A DNA stretch of 64,000 bases from Camelus dromedarius (lineage: Eukaryota). A program made the position numbers and the translations under genes. The stretch's first letter is position 1. Each line of letters begins with the position of its first letter. The notes under the pieces are model-generated. The model searched no databases and was not told where the DNA came from. It was given only the letters and a program-made list of their open reading frames with translations. Shown here in pieces: positions 25,301 to 39,920 of this stretch. Location: the NCBI RefSeq assembly GCF_036321535.1, contig NC_087447.1:13516001-13580000 (forward strand). The letters are read 5' to 3'.

Positions 25301-25900
25301 TAATGACTGTGAATAGAGAAATCTTGATTCATTTTTAGCTTCAATGGGGATGCCTTGGTATTTTCCCATAAAAAATTTGTTCATTAAAAATTATCATCCC
25401 CACCCTGTATGTCAGTGTCCTGACAGGAAAAGATATCACTCTTCAAAGGAACTACTGAAAACTATTTACAAAGAGTTTTCAAGATCAAAGAATTCTGGGT
25501 CTTTGACTTGCATTTTCCTAATATCTAATGATGCTGAGCAATTTTTTTTTAATGATTTAAAAGTTGTGTGTGATTTACTCTTTAGTAAATATGAGTAGGA
25601 CTGTGCTCTACCTTCCTTGGGATTGTTACTTCCTTCTTCTCTTCTTTGCACCCATTTCAGTTTCCTTCATTCTCTCAGGCTTGGACCATAAGTTCCAGAG
25701 ATCTCTCTGCTGGAATTTGATGTTTATTTCCTTAGGGTTAATTTGAAACTTGTGTATTCTCAGTGACTTATTTATGCTGTATGTGTTAGTTATGTGTGAT
25801 CTTATGTGCCAATTCTATTGTATTGTATATTGTATTAGATTATGTGTACAGAATATTGTCTATTCTGTTGTGTGTTTTGTTAGATAGTTTGTAGAGACAT
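22400..25900 (-). mobile_element. Long stretch of old L1M (ME/MD-like) fragments
   Basis: Antisense L1 3'/ORF2 motifs: gtcatttgggttatttccagttt, ccagccaatacttgatattgtcagatg, ccattgggatttttatattgaaattg, aaatcagccacttcactgaactc. Confidence 0.6.
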
Positions 25901-27568
25901 TCAGATTTAGGGACCTGCCATAGCTATATAAAAGACATCTAAATTTAGCTTTTAAGTTTTCCTTCTTCTATTAATTTATAATAATCTCTTTCAAATTATA
26001 AGTCCTAATTACTTGTTTCTGCATTTCTTTTTAAGAAAGATTGTTTTCTTTTGCACAAAGTTCTGAGTTGGAATTTTGTATGTGGACATTATTTGAGCTA
26101 AATTGAAATTTTATTATGTTGATTAGCCATAATCTCACTCAGTACATCTGCCATACACAAAGACTTCACCTTTTACTTCTCTCCAGTGCCATATTGCATT
26201 TGAGAATTTCAAGTATACACTGGTTAACTGAAAATAAAAATTCTTGTTTACACAACCTTATGTTTTTGCTCTTAATAAGTGACTTACTTTTTGGTATTAG
26301 AATGCAGTTTTTCCACTTAATTCCCCTAATGTGATTGGCAGGAGAAGCCTCTGAAGATATACAATGTGCTGGAAGGATCTTATGGAAGATCTCAGTTCTC
26401 TAGAGCATGATTCCTCAGTGAATTTAATCTTGAACAAGCAGCCCTGGGGACAAACTGTTTTGACAACTCTGAAGTGATTTACTGTTCATTGTTGATTAAG
26501 TGCCCAGTCATAGCTTCTCTTACCGGGGGGAAGATTTCTCCTTGAGTAGTAACGTTACAGTCGAAATGTAAAACAAAAGCCATTACTTTACTAGGCATGA
26601 ATCATATTAAAATAATCATATAAATGCTTAAAAAATATCCAAAATAAAACTTATTTCTTTAATTATTCAGCTCTCTGCATTATTGGCTGAAATAGTATTA
26701 AAGGTTTGTTCAATTAATTTGGTCAGTTCAACATAATAATGCTTTAAATTTGTTCTTGATATATATTTTCAGTGACAGCTTTCAAATTTGATGACTTATC
26801 AGTCATATCAACTATATATTCTTGAAGCCAGCTCTAAATAATTCTATAATTTAAATTGTAAAGTGTTTATAAAAGTTGAAGAACATGGTCATACCTTGTT
26901 CAGGCAGAGAGATATATGTTTATGTGACAAAGTGATTAAGTGTAGCCTGATCTTCTCTCTGCAGTCACACCAGGGTTGATGTGGTGGAAATCCTGCCTCA
27001 CCTTCATTGAACTAAACATTCATCTTCGAGGACCAAAGAGAATTGGTGAAGCCTGGATTTGGAACAACTGACTGAAGAGGTAATAGAAAACTCAGGTAAC
27101 ATATTCACAAAAACTCTTCCCTTCGATGAGAATCGGGAAAACTGAGTTACTTGAAATAAATTCTGTATCTGTCTTATGAAGCATGTTTTACCATTTAACC
27201 TCAAATATTTTATGCCAGAAATGCCAGGAATAATACAGCATGTATGTTTACTCCATTCTGTATAATGCTGTTGGAACAAATGCAATGACAATAATTTTCT
27301 CCAATATTTTGTATTACAGTTGTTTAAATGCAAGCTGAAATAGAGACTAAACATAGCCGAGCATAACAAAATATAACAGGACATATATATGATCTTCACA
27401 TAATCTTTTAGATTGTTTTATATAATTTAGAGAATCTGACAATTATTTATTTTGTATCTTAATATATTGAAGATAATAGTAAGGATTATGATAGCTTTTT
27501 ACAAATAGTTATCTTGAACATAGTGTTTTTGAATATTCTTGTGTAGACATTTTATTTCTTTTGGTAAT

Positions 27569-28050
27569 TTTTTTTTTTTTTTAGTTTTGGTAAAATATAC
27601 AAAACACATTATTGTGCTTCCAACACCAGTCTCCATCTCCAGTACTTTTTCATCATCTCAAACTGACACTCGGCATCCGTTAAACTGTAACTCCGCATCT
27701 CCTCATCCCCCCAGTCCCCGGCAACCACTGCTGTACTTCCTGTCGCTTAGAACGTGACTATTCCAGGTATCCCAGGAAAGGGAGATCATAAAATATTTGC
27801 CTCTTTGTTTCTGGCTCATTGCTCTTATTTCAATCTATTCAAGGTTCGTCCATGTTGTAACATATATCAGAATTTCCCTCCTATTTAAGGCTGACTGATA
27901 CTCCATCATTTGTATATACCACAACTTGTTTATACATTCACTAGTTGATGGACATTTGGGTTGTTTCTATCTTTTGGCTATTGTTAATAGTGCTGCTATG
28001 AACATTGTTGTACAAATATCTGAGTCTCTGCTTCTTATTCCTTTGTGTTT
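27569..28050 (-). mobile_element. L1MA/MB 3' end with poly(T) tail
   Basis: T-run, then cccagtccccggcaaccactg...ttcaaggttcgtccatgttgta...gttgatggacatttgggttgtttc. Confidence 0.85.
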
Positions 28051-28913
28051 ATTCCCCAAATAACATTTTGATATATGAGTTAACAGCTTCTTATTGTAAA
28101 AGGAAACTCAAAACTTAAATGTGAAAGCTTGAGTTCAGAGGCATTTACTTACTTGTTAGACTCATTGAGCTATACTTACACCTTATTGGAAAGTGAATTT
28201 TAGTGTCTGTGGAAATTCATGAATTGTGCTAGATACAGGATCTACAAAAATCTCAAAGAAAATACCAACATCTATTTCTGCCTGTGGGTTAATGACATGG
28301 ATATTTTCTCATTTTTATAAATATTGTGAATAAAACAGGACACATTGCAGTACACAGACAGTTGATCTCTTAATTTATGGAAAGATTCCCTCAGATATAA
28401 CTTAGTTTTAATGATACATTTCAAAGTGGAGAATGAGATATGGAGAAAGACACACAAGGGAATCTGGACACAGTAATGTGAGTGGTAAAACTGGATGGCT
28501 TCCATAATTGCATATGATAATGACACACTCAATCCATTCATCCATCCCTCAGGAAATGCTCCTTTGGATAACTAGAAAAGAGAGGGGACATTGAGGAAAC
28601 TCATGTAAAACTAATTGTAGAGGTGTGGCACCAAATTTATATGAGGAAACAAAAAGTAGTAAATCATATTTTTAATTTATTTAGTGCTTATTACTTATCC
28701 ATGTTTGGAGAGCTTTATTTGCATTATCCTATTTAATCTCTAAAACCAGCCTATGTGTTGGATACTATTATGTTTCATTATAGAAATGCTGTTGAGTGGT
28801 TTTCCCAAGTCACACAGTTGGCATTTTGAGGCTCAAATTCCAAATTGGAATTTAGAACCTGAGTTCTCTTAAAATACACTGCAGCCATTAAGGGCCACCC
28901 CAGTAATATTTAT

Positions 28914-28948
28914 AAAACAAAACAAAACAAAACAAAACAAAACAAAAC
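28914..28948. repeat. (AAAAC)n microsatellite
   Basis: Directly visible. Confidence 0.9.
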
Positions 28949-30975
28949 AGACAAAGACTATGTGTGAGATAGGCAGTGTACCATCTCTGATAGCTATTTT
29001 TGAGTATTTGTTTCCAAAGTCTGTTCAACCATATTTAGGGTTTAGTGTTGGCATTTTTCTTTTACAATGAAGAAATTCACTTGGGAAATGTGATATTTCT
29101 TTAAAATTTATCTTTTTAAAATCTAATGAGCTAGTTAGGCGTATATTAGAATCTCAAAATTTTTGCTACATCATTTTAATGGTCACTACTCACTCATTAA
29201 GAAAAAGCCATTGGTTACATGGGAAGCAGGTTTTACTATATAAACAATTAAATATAAACATGGTTAGACAGGAATTGTGATCATATGTTTCAAAAGGATC
29301 TGCACTGAAACTCAAAATTTCAGTCTTTAACTTCCAATATCTTGCTGATTGTGTTTTCCAGTATTGCACACCTTACAAACCAAATGGTTTGCTTCCCCAC
29401 CTTATGTTGTTGAATTTGGCATAGTGTAGATCTGCTTGATTTACCTTATTTTATTTGTCATTGTGGGATAGTTATCATGATCTACGTTTTGAGCATTCTT
29501 TAAAGAGTTACCATTTCTCATTGAAATTTGAAGAATCTCACAAATGTTTGAAGCAGATATATTAATTTTTTAACAACATCCGATATTGATAACGTTTGGA
29601 ATTTTGTATCATTCCCAGTTGAGTTAATAGCTTTGAACAGCTTAGAGTAATAATTAGGTCACTTAAATGCATAAGGCATGCTCAGATTCTGGAGATACAA
29701 TTATTAATAACGCATGTTTTGCTGTCCCAACAGACCCAACAATGATGGTGGAAAACCAGCTGTAAACACATAGGTGTTGTAAGTACTTACAGGTCCAAGG
29801 GTTAGGCTCTGCTACTAGACATTATCTGTTGCATGCTCAGACAACTCCTATGGAAGGCGGGTATTTACTTTTCATCATAAATGCAGGTACAGCTTGGTAA
29901 TTGTGAGTGGAGATATTTAGGTGTATAATAAGTGCACATCCAGAGCCCTGAAGATGGAACTCCTTTAGGCAACTGGTTGCTTATACTCATGTATCTTAAA
30001 GTTGAGAATTTGATTTTCTCATTTTCCTTTGATCCAGAAGTATAAAGATTCTGAGAGGCAAATCCTGGAGCTAATGCTGAGTTACCCTCTAATCCATCTC
30101 CGAATCTATAGCTCAGGAAATCTGAAATTCCTCTACTCCCAGCTCAGCAAGTTCCCCAAACTCAAACTGTTGACCAGTTTCAAAGCATATTTTATTCAGC
30201 TTAAGATCTTTGTCATTTCCGATCTGCCTATTCTCAGTCATCTCGCATTTTTTCTCTTCTACACTTTTATTCTCTCTCTGATGTTCGAGTACAAATTGGC
30301 TTGCCAGAGGCACAAATCTCCTGCTCTCCACAAATGACAGTCTATAAATTAACACTGAAAAGGGGCACATAATAATTTTGCCAAAATGAAGTAACCTACA
30401 CATTACATGTAAAATTGCACTGGATCATATCTGAAAGACCCCACAAAGTTTTATTTTCCACAAGCGAGAGTGAATGGCCTGTATTCCACACAGCCTCAGA
30501 TAACCAAGAATTTACAATATGAACAAAATAACTAGTCTAATATACTCATTACTTTAATAGCCAAATAACCTTTAATACATACTAATTCATTCTGGTTAAT
30601 ATAAAGGTGGACTGCCAGCAAAAGTGTTCACATGCCACTGAGGATAAAGATTTCAATGACAAGAATTCGGAAACTCACACATCTGGAAAGACTATCACCT
30701 TTCAGTAAGAATAGGAGTTGGGACATGATTTTTCCAGGATGCCTGCACAAAATTAAATAATATTTCTAGATTTTGGGTACAGAATTCTTTCCACTATACT
30801 GTGATTCTGCCTAAAATTTTTATTTTGGCACTCTTAATTGAGTTCTGGCTAGCAATATTTAATTCTAAACAATTTTGGAAAGTAGGGAAAATGTCTGTGT
30901 AGTACACATTCACTGAGACTTGTATTGTCTGTTTTTTCTTCCAATAGCCTAAGTTGCAATTAATGTCAATTTAGT

Positions 30976-31022
30976 TGTGTGTGTGTGTGTGTGGTTTGTG
31001 TGTGTGCTGTTTGTGTGTGTGT
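30976..31022. repeat. Interrupted (TG)n microsatellite
   Basis: Directly visible. Confidence 0.9.
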
Positions 31023-31364
31023 ATTTTTAAATAAAATATTGTTTTCATTGTACTTTATTGGGTAGGAAGAATTTTATACATTTATCTCTGCTCAGTTGCT
31101 CTCTTATAGTCTTGAAATTCATTTTACTTAAATAGAGTTTAATAAGCATTTAATGAGCACTCATGATGTGCCTGGTTCCTTCACTGATGTGGGTGACTTA
31201 CTCTGTTTCTGTAGCTCATAGTAACTCAGAAAGGCATCTATCTACACATCAGCCTGTGATTCTATGCTCCATGCCTGGGCATTGCTTTACATAAATATAT
31301 AAGTAAAGATGTTAGGAATGGGATTGATCTCATGCTGCACCTCAGAGGCCAAAACATACTTAGG

Positions 31365-31835
31365 GAAAAAAGAAACAACATATAAAGTCAAAAAGGAAGT
31401 CTTTGAATCGTGTTGCTTGTGGTGGAATCTAAAAAAAGGTGACACAAATGAACTTATTTACAAAACAGAAACAGATTCACAGACATAGAAAACAAATGTA
31501 TGGCTACCAAAGGGGAAAAGGGTTGAGGACGATAAATTAGAAGTTTGGGATTAGCAGCTACAAACTACTATATATATAAAATAGATGAACAACAAAGTCC
31601 TTATGCTGTACACCAGAAATTGACACGATGTTGTAAACCAACTATACTTCAATTAAAAATTTAGATAAAAAGGGACTATATTCATTAGCTTGCAATAACC
31701 TATAATGAAAAAGAATATGAAAAAGAATATGTGTATATTTATATATGTACGACTGAATCACTCTACTCTACACCAGAAACTAATACAACATTGTAAAATC
31801 GCCAAACTTCAATTTAATAAAAGGAAAAAAAATGT
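31365..31835 (+). mobile_element. Cetartiodactyl L1 3' UTR carrying an internal extra 3'-tail copy
   Basis: ttatttacaaaacagaaacagattcacagacatagaaaac...aataacctataatgaaaaagaatatg...acaccagaaactaatacaacattgtaaa followed by an A tail. Confidence 0.9.
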
Positions 31836-32136
31836 CATCTCTGTGAGAGAGATTCTGGAGAAAGCAGCTTTCTTATCGTGTAGTAGATCATCTCTCAGAT
31901 ATGCCTCCCAGTTAGAATACGGACATCTCGTCGCTGTAGTTGAAGCAAGGAATTTGTGATATTGGATAGAGTGCTTGTGGGAGGAGATTCCAAAGTCTCA
32001 TTGTGTGAGCCCTTGTGGAGCAAACACTGTGCAGTAAGACATCACAGTTTTGACAGAAAGCTTGCAATCTTCTCCAAGTCATTATCGGCCCTTTTGTTTG
32101 CAGACTCTGACACCTGATCAACACCTTCAGATCACC

Positions 32137-33089
32137 ATGGAAAATAGGAACAATGTGACTGAGTTTGTCCTGCTGGGGCTCACACAGAACCCTGAGATGC
32201 AAAAAGTTCTATTTGTCCCCTTCTTACTCATCTACCTTGTGACCATAGCAGGCAACCTGCTTATCATGGTGACCATCGTGGCCAGCCGGTCCCTGGGTTC
32301 CCCCATGTACTTTTTTCTGGCTTATTTATCATTTATAGATACTGTCTATTCTACTGCCATTGCTCCCAAAATGATCACTGACTTGCTTCATCAGAAAAAG
32401 ACTATTTCCTTCCAGGCTTGTATGACTCAAGTCTTTATAGATCATCTGTTCGCTGGTGTTGAAGTCATTCTTCTGGTGGTGATGGCCTATGACCGATACA
32501 TAGCCATCTGTAAGCCTCTTCATTATTTGGTCATCATGAGTCGGCGGGTATGTGTTCTCATGCTGCTGGTGGCCTGGATGGAGGCTTTCTGCACTCATTG
32601 GTTCAATTTCTCTTCATTCATCAGCTCCCCTTCTGTGGCCCCAATGTCATTGACAACTTTGTGTGTGACATGTACCCCTTATTGAAACTTGCTTGCACCA
32701 ACACCCACCTCATCGGACTCTCCATGATAGCTAATGGAGGGGCAATCTGCACTGTTGTCTTCTTCATTCTCTTAGTTTCCTATGGGGTCATATTACACTC
32801 CCTTAAGATGCATGGTGCGGGAGGAAATCACAAAGCCTTCTACACCTGTGCATCGCATATGACGGTGGTCATTTTATTCTTTGTTCCTTGTATCTTCTTG
32901 TATGCAAGGCCTAGTTCTACCCTTCCCATTGATAAATTCATGACTGTGGTTTTAACTTTCTTAACTCCCATGTTGAACCCCTTAGTCTATACCCTGAGAA
33001 ATGAAGAAATGAAGAATGCTATGAGGAAACTCTGGAGTAAAACTGTGACCTTAGCAGGAAGAGGGCTGTATCCTTCATGTAGGACATGA
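32137..33089 (+). pseudogene. OR4A15: OR4A15-like olfactory receptor with a single 1-bp deletion at ~32579-32581
   Basis: ORF 32050..32685 (ATG at 32137) and ORF 32550..33089 join at GCC TGG AT- GGA GGC TTT CTG CAC. The 953-nt span is one base short of 317 codons plus stop. [21 protein letters not shown] and LWSK.V.LAG match human OR4A15 as recalled. The symbol means -like. Confidence 0.88.
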
Positions 33090-33324
33090 TGTTCATTCTA
33101 TTACAGAATCAATAAATGCTTTCATTATCAATGATTGCACTTAAAAAATCATTTCCTTTGGGTTATGTAGACTACTTATTGCTGAAACAGCTATAAAATC
33201 AATTTTTATCTAAGTGGAATGGTTTATAGTCCTTTGAGACCAAATGAATTGCATAGGTTTAATCCCTTGTGACATAATCTCTTGTATAAGTAATTATACT
33301 GTATTTTTTTTCTGGTTGTTGTTA

Positions 33325-33500
33325 TAATGTCCATTGAAAAAAATAGACTTTGTTCTTTTAAAGCAGTTTCAGGTTTACAACAGAATCGAGCAGAAAATAC
33401 AGAGTTCGCATATAGCCCTCTCCATCCACACATACATACTCCCCTACCCTCAACATCCCTCATCAGTGTGGCATATTTGGTACAATCAATAATCATACTG
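33325..33500 (-). mobile_element. L1MC/MB 3' end fragment
   Basis: aaagcagtttcaggtttacaacagaatcgagcagaaaatacagagttc...catcagtgtggcatatttggtacaatcaat. Confidence 0.7.
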
Positions 33501-36500
33501 TATTAAGATCCTTTAGTGACAAAAGTTTTTTGGTTTTACTTCAACTTCTTTTTCTGGAGCAATCACTGTCCTGGTACAGAAAAATATGACCTAATAGAAC
33601 TTGTTCCATTTTTATCAAAGAGAATGAAATTTTGAAATTAAAAATTCTTATGGCTAAAAAATTTTAATCTAAAAATAAATGTCCTGGTCAAATTAAGTAA
33701 TTTAAAATTTCACAGCACATGATCACAGCTGAGGATAAATCCATAAGAAATAAACTTTGTTAAATGTAAACTGTGATGGTAGCATATAGTTGATTTTGTG
33801 CATTCTGACACAGTTTAGGCTGAAAAATTAAATTATTCAACCCAGTTCTTTGCATCTGGGTCAACTGGCCTCCACCAATTGTTGAAATACATACTTAAGT
33901 CGTTCATATCACATAGAGCTCCAGAGTCCGCCTACATTAAATTAAACTGTCTGGGTTCAGGATTTCCTTTTTAAATGCAACAAATGTTTAACATTTGGGG
34001 TACACATGATCTTGTACACAAGGAATGCCTTTCTCATTCTCTGTAAACTATGTTCTTGACTTCAGTGATAAATCAAAGGTGTCTTTCTGTTTACAACTGC
34101 TCTATAGCAATTTGGGGGATCAAATACTATATACAGACATCAGTTTTTTAAGGCTCTGGCATTACATGTTTCTGAATAGAGTCAACCCACAACATAGATA
34201 CTAAGGCATAAAATATGTCTTCATCATTTTCTCAATTTGTAACTGGATTCATTTAGTGTACTTAGCAGTATTAATGCCTCCATGTATTTGACACATATTA
34301 AATAAATGCCAGACACATATTGAATAAAGTTTCATTTATTCTTCAGTGAAGGAAATATAAAGTACTCTAAAAGTTTAATCTGAGGGAAATCTGATATGGT
34401 GAATTAAATATTTCAAAAATATTAGAACTGAAGGAGCTGACACGTGACTACTGGAGTGAATGAGGTTGGGATCAAGGACCTCCCCCCTACGCTATTATGC
34501 AGATATGAGGAAGCTGGAATCATGATGAAAGACCTCTGCATCTACTTCTCAAAGTCCTTCCACGCTGTGCATTTAAAAAGATAATTCTCTTTAAATTTAT
34601 AAAGTTTTTCCTTTTACATTCACGTTTCTAACTCACATGAGATATACATTTTCAGCTATGGTGTGAACTGGAAATACACTTTCCTTATTTATCATTAGGA
34701 TAAATAAAACTTCCCAGCATATTTATTGAATAGTCATTCTGTTTACAGTACCCTGCAATACCACTATATAAAAATTCTATATACCTATTATTCTATCTCT
34801 TAACTTTATATTTTGTTCAGTTAGTATATCCATAAGCCAGTCCTACAATGTCTAATGTACCACAGTGTTTCAGATACTAGGGAGCTCCTTGTGACTGGGT
34901 GTCCTCCAACAAAAGCTCGGGGACCAAATGTCAGAAGGTGTTGAAGAAGGATTTGAATATCTTTGTAAGAAGCTGAAATAGATATCTTCAAAGGTTTACT
35001 CTTTGTATACAATGAAAAAATTAGCATGTTTCTTCTCCTCTTATACACCATGAAAGAAAATATTTTATGTTATTAAAAAGCTTTGGACTTATCTGAAACC
35101 CAAATATAAATTTCTCATCGCCATACTATTGATATTGTCTTTACATGTTAATACAGAGGATTAATTATTCCACAGTTGATCAAGAAAATATTTCTCAGCT
35201 GAAGACTTACCCAAATTATAAGGCTTTGTTGTGAATTAATTTTGACTCTTTTCAAAAATGAAGTATGCTACCAAAATACAAACGTGTGTGTAGGTCGTAG
35301 ACGTACTTACAGTTTCCTTTTTTAACAGAAAGATTCAGCCTCCCACTTCACGGGTACCATGTTCTGTTGAAGAAATCAATGGACTCCATGATGTAACAAT
35401 ATTTAGCAAACATATTAGGGTTGTGAAAACATGATGGAGAATAAGAAAACTAGCTTCAGAATCAGGAGATATGGGTTTTATGTCACAGTATGCCCTCATC
35501 ATATTCCATAACCTTTACATGAGTTCTGCATTTCTATAAGTAGTTCACTTAGGTAAGTTGGAAGGTGCTCCCAAGTTCTGTGATTCTGCTCATGCCAATA
35601 TTTTTTTATCATAAATATCACCTCTCCAAACTTTTCTATTCCTGGTAAACAACTGCAGAGATATCCTTTTGGGGTAAAATTGTCTCTGGGTTGGAATAAG
35701 GTAACGTGAGCTCTGCTCTTGAGTGCCTCTTTGTTTTGAGAACATGCTCTTCTACCTAGTGAAATGCATGAAGCTGTTCTAAGAACACTTTGGTAGATAT
35801 TTGGTTTTTGTGAAATTAGTCCCTGAAACTATCGAAGGTCAAACCATTCCTCACCTAATTTCTGATCAACTGTGATAGGATTCATATATATTTTCTGATG
35901 CTTTCATTTTGATTTACACTTCTTCAAGTTTGAAAATCTGTGTTACTGTCTCTCTGGAGTTCTAAACCCTTCTGTACTTGGATTTGTATTTTGGAAAAGA
36001 CTTTCCTGGCATGGCTCCAGGAACTCTTCTTTTGAAAAATTATTTTCATGAACAACCTTCACTGATTTAGACCTAAATCTGTCCTCTTTCCATTTCATGC
36101 TACTCTCTGGAGCTTGGGGAGCTAGGCTAGACAGGGGTTGGGTTTCTAAAGCAATCTCTCTAGCCAGTACTGCAGCTGTTTAAGTGAGGCTGGATGACCA
36201 CTTAATGGGCCATTATGAGTAGATTTCAAGCTTTTATGAGGTTGGGAATGATGACTTTGTACATGCTAATTCTCCGATCTGATTCTGGGTTTCATTCCGA
36301 AGTTGAAAGACAAGTTCAAGACATTTTCATGATGATACTGAAGGAAAATCCATATTCCTTATAACCCTTTAGATAGTTTCAAATCTTCATTCAAACTGTC
36401 TTTGGCATCTGCCATCACAGATATTATCATGGCACTATAATATTCAAGTGTCTAGTCAAGATAGGCTTAGTCATGTGGTTTCAGTTTTCTTAAATGCTTT

Positions 36501-39500
36501 TCCTTCATGACACATGCTGCTCATAATGACCACATTCTCTGTAGCCAGTCCAGAGTTATGTTCTATTTGTTTTTCTTTATATTAAAGCAAGCATATTTGA
36601 ACATGTGGTCATTATGGTAAATGGGGAAATTAATGAACTGAATTGAGTTGAATTTATTAAAATACTTTCAAAGATTGGTATTTATTTCTTTTGGTAAATA
36701 ATTATAATATGCCTCACAGTTGGTGGCAGCATAAACACGTCATACCACTTTAGTTGTAAAACAGTAACTTAAAGATAAGGATCTTGGCCCAGGATTTAGT
36801 GGCCTGGCTTCTTATTTTGCCTTGGCAAATGGCATTCTGATTCTGTCTTCTATTTCCTTGTAATAAATTGCGAATACTGATGCTTACTTTTTTTCTACTC
36901 CATAGGGATATTATGAGATCAAATTTAAATAACTGAAATAAATGCATTTTACCATCTCTGAATATAACTGGAGAATGGAATTATTTTTATCATTGTCATG
37001 GGAATCTAATTCCAGAATTGACACATGAAACAACTACTTTGAAGAAATACTGTGAATTTTATCTGCTGTGAAGTGCTAATATTATAATACGGTTCATAAT
37101 TTATTACTTAATCTGAAAATAATACTTAAAATTATGGTTACCATGAATGGTAGGTCACTTAAAAATTCAATATTATAATAAACATTTTAAAATCAGATTG
37201 TTATCCACCTAAGTGTTTAATTTATGTAATATTGAATATTTAGACTCCATATTTAAAATCATTTACTATCAAATAGCCAAGTTTATAAGTGATTAACTTG
37301 TTTTTCTCTTGTCATAGTGTTTTGTTTTCATGTAGACTTAAGGGTGAAATTCAAAATTAAAGAAGAATGCTATAAGAGTTCTCCACTGAAGTTCAGTTTC
37401 CTTTCTTGAGATAATTGTGTTTTTGGCAAGATCTACTAATGATGGTGAAATACTCCTGAGGTCCAATTAGCCACAAGTAAGAAACATCATAGAATTTGAC
37501 TACAAATGGGATATGTGGTAGCACTTTTAAGGCTCGAGAGAAAGGTCTTTTCCAGGTGCCACTTATAAATCAGCAAACACACTTGGTAGAGATGAGCTAG
37601 TTGTCATTTTTGACTTCACAACTTTCTTGTTGAACTATCAGCTTCCTGGGGCCCTGGCCATGGAGCTATGTCAGACAACATCATAGGTGAGGTTTTTTTC
37701 ACCCGGGAAATTGTATAATCATAGAGTTTTAGTGGATTTTACAAATCACATATCCCCCACCAGTCTAAGATATAAATCTCTTTTCAGCATATCAAGCATC
37801 AAGAAAGTTAGAATCGACTATAATATTACCAACTTGGCAGAAAAAATATTTTGAGGTATTTTTTCTCATTGATGTATATTTAACAGCTGTGTTTAAAACT
37901 GCACATTATTTAAAGAGATGCAGGATACTTTATTAGCCATTTCTCCAATACTGAACATACCATGTAGTTTCTAAATTTTCCACAGCTCCCAATAATTTTG
38001 TTGAACATATTTCAAAAAATAATTTTTCCATTTAAAATACGTTTTCCTTTAGGGTTTATTCCTAGAAAGAGTATTGTGGAGTCATAGGGAAAAGATGAAT
38101 TAAATTCTGTTTTTTCATAGTTATGTCTAAGTCAGTTTCACTAATTATGTCTAATTCTTACTTTATGTACACTCTTTTCTCGTCTGCTGGGGGAGTCAAC
38201 CTGAGAATAAGGGAATCCAATGACTCTGCTGCCCTTTTTTCTAAATGTGTGTACAATTTTCATCTTGGATAATTTGAAAATAAAGCTCTTTATTCACTTA
38301 ACTTTTTTTTTAAAAAAAAAGGAATAGTTTTTGGACAATATATATTATTATATTTATGTTTTCTCTGTTCTTTGGGAAATTTATGTCCCCACATTTCTAT
38401 TCTATTAGTAATGCAATGTCCTCTAACCAGGAATGACAGATGATGGATGCTATGGGAAGACCGGAGAAGAAGGCAGGAGAATGCCTGTAGCAGAAACATA
38501 AAGGGGTGGGAAGGTCATTCACATCATGAAGGGATGAGCTGCTGCTATTTGGTAATAAAATGTCAGGGAAGGGATTACTAAAGGCGCTTCACAGAGACAC
38601 TTTCTGTAACTTTATGTGAACATGCATACATTAATATACACAGTCAGGGTCCAATTAAGATTTGTTGAATGAATGAATTTGTAAAAAGGTATTTATAGTA
38701 AGTAATAGAGTTTATATGTGTTTGTCTATATATATATATATATATAGTACTTTATCTTATCTAGCAGACTATTTCCTTCTGTTTTCCACATTAAATTTCT
38801 ATTTTCACAACTTTGGAAATAGGGATTTCCTTTGCTTGATAGATCCTATTGTATTGAACACCTATGAAAGATGTTTTTTTCAATCCGGTTCTACAAAAGC
38901 TGTAAATTTACTGTATGTGACTATGTAAAGTTGTATGTGGAACATAATTTTGAAGAATTAAAAAAATTAATTAACAAATACTATAATTACCTTGAAAGTA
39001 AAATGACCCAGTAATACACTCTTTCTTATAGGCAAGAGCATTTTGATACTTAGCTTATAAAGTATGTCAGAAATTAACCTGGAATGCAGCTTCCTTTCAC
39101 AAGTTTATTTATGTTTCTCATAAAGTAGAGAGCAATGATAAACAGAGCAGGAGGATGAGAACACTTGAATTCCTGGTTCATTTATGGTCTGGGGAAGCAG
39201 ACGTATTCTCCCCCATGGAGAATGGCAATTCACCAAGCACTTCCTCCTCAGCTAACAGGTTCCAGGCAGGGAGGACATTATGCCAGGCACTGTGGTAGGT
39301 GCAGTGGGGAAACACACCTGAACAGCTTATGTGTTCTGGTAGGTACCAGGGAGAGCGTGTTGCCAACTACTTACATACATTTCCCTAAACTGCCTGCTTA
39401 TGGGAGATACATATTTATGGTGTCTTTCTTCCCACAGTTAGAGCTGAGGGTTCAGGTGTGAATTCTCATGGAAGAGGGAATGCTTCTAACCTCTATGCCA

Positions 39501-39920
39501 CATCTCTCAGCTTACAAGATCCATCTGAGAATAACAGTTTGTAACCTCACAGACACAGAGGAGGGCTCGGAATCATGGGACACATACATGACTTAGCAGA
39601 GTCACATGGAGCTGGAGACAGAAGGGGAATCCAGATCTCACGAGGACAGCTTAGGGTTTTCTCAGTAAATGACTCATCAGATGTTGCCCTATAGATGTTA
39701 TACAGGCGACAGGTACTAGGTGTCTGAAGAGATGGAAAGTATCATGGAGGAAGTAAGAGAGAATTAAAACAAGCACTGAGGCAAAGAAACGCTCCACAGG
39801 TACAGTGACTGCTCTGCTTTTGTGCCAAGAAATTCAAACCATGATCCTTTCATGATTAATGGGTATCATTCTTTATCTCTTGCTAGGTAGTTCAGGCCCC
39901 AAGAAGGTGTTGCTTGCTGA

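Noticed and set aside
26300-27200. Possible OR enhancer (Greek island) or 5' exon region upstream of the OR4A15-like gene
   Set aside because: Only loose motifs (gccctggggac, TAAT cores, a donor-like gag|gtaata). I could not find a convincing composite Lhx2/Ebf site by eye.
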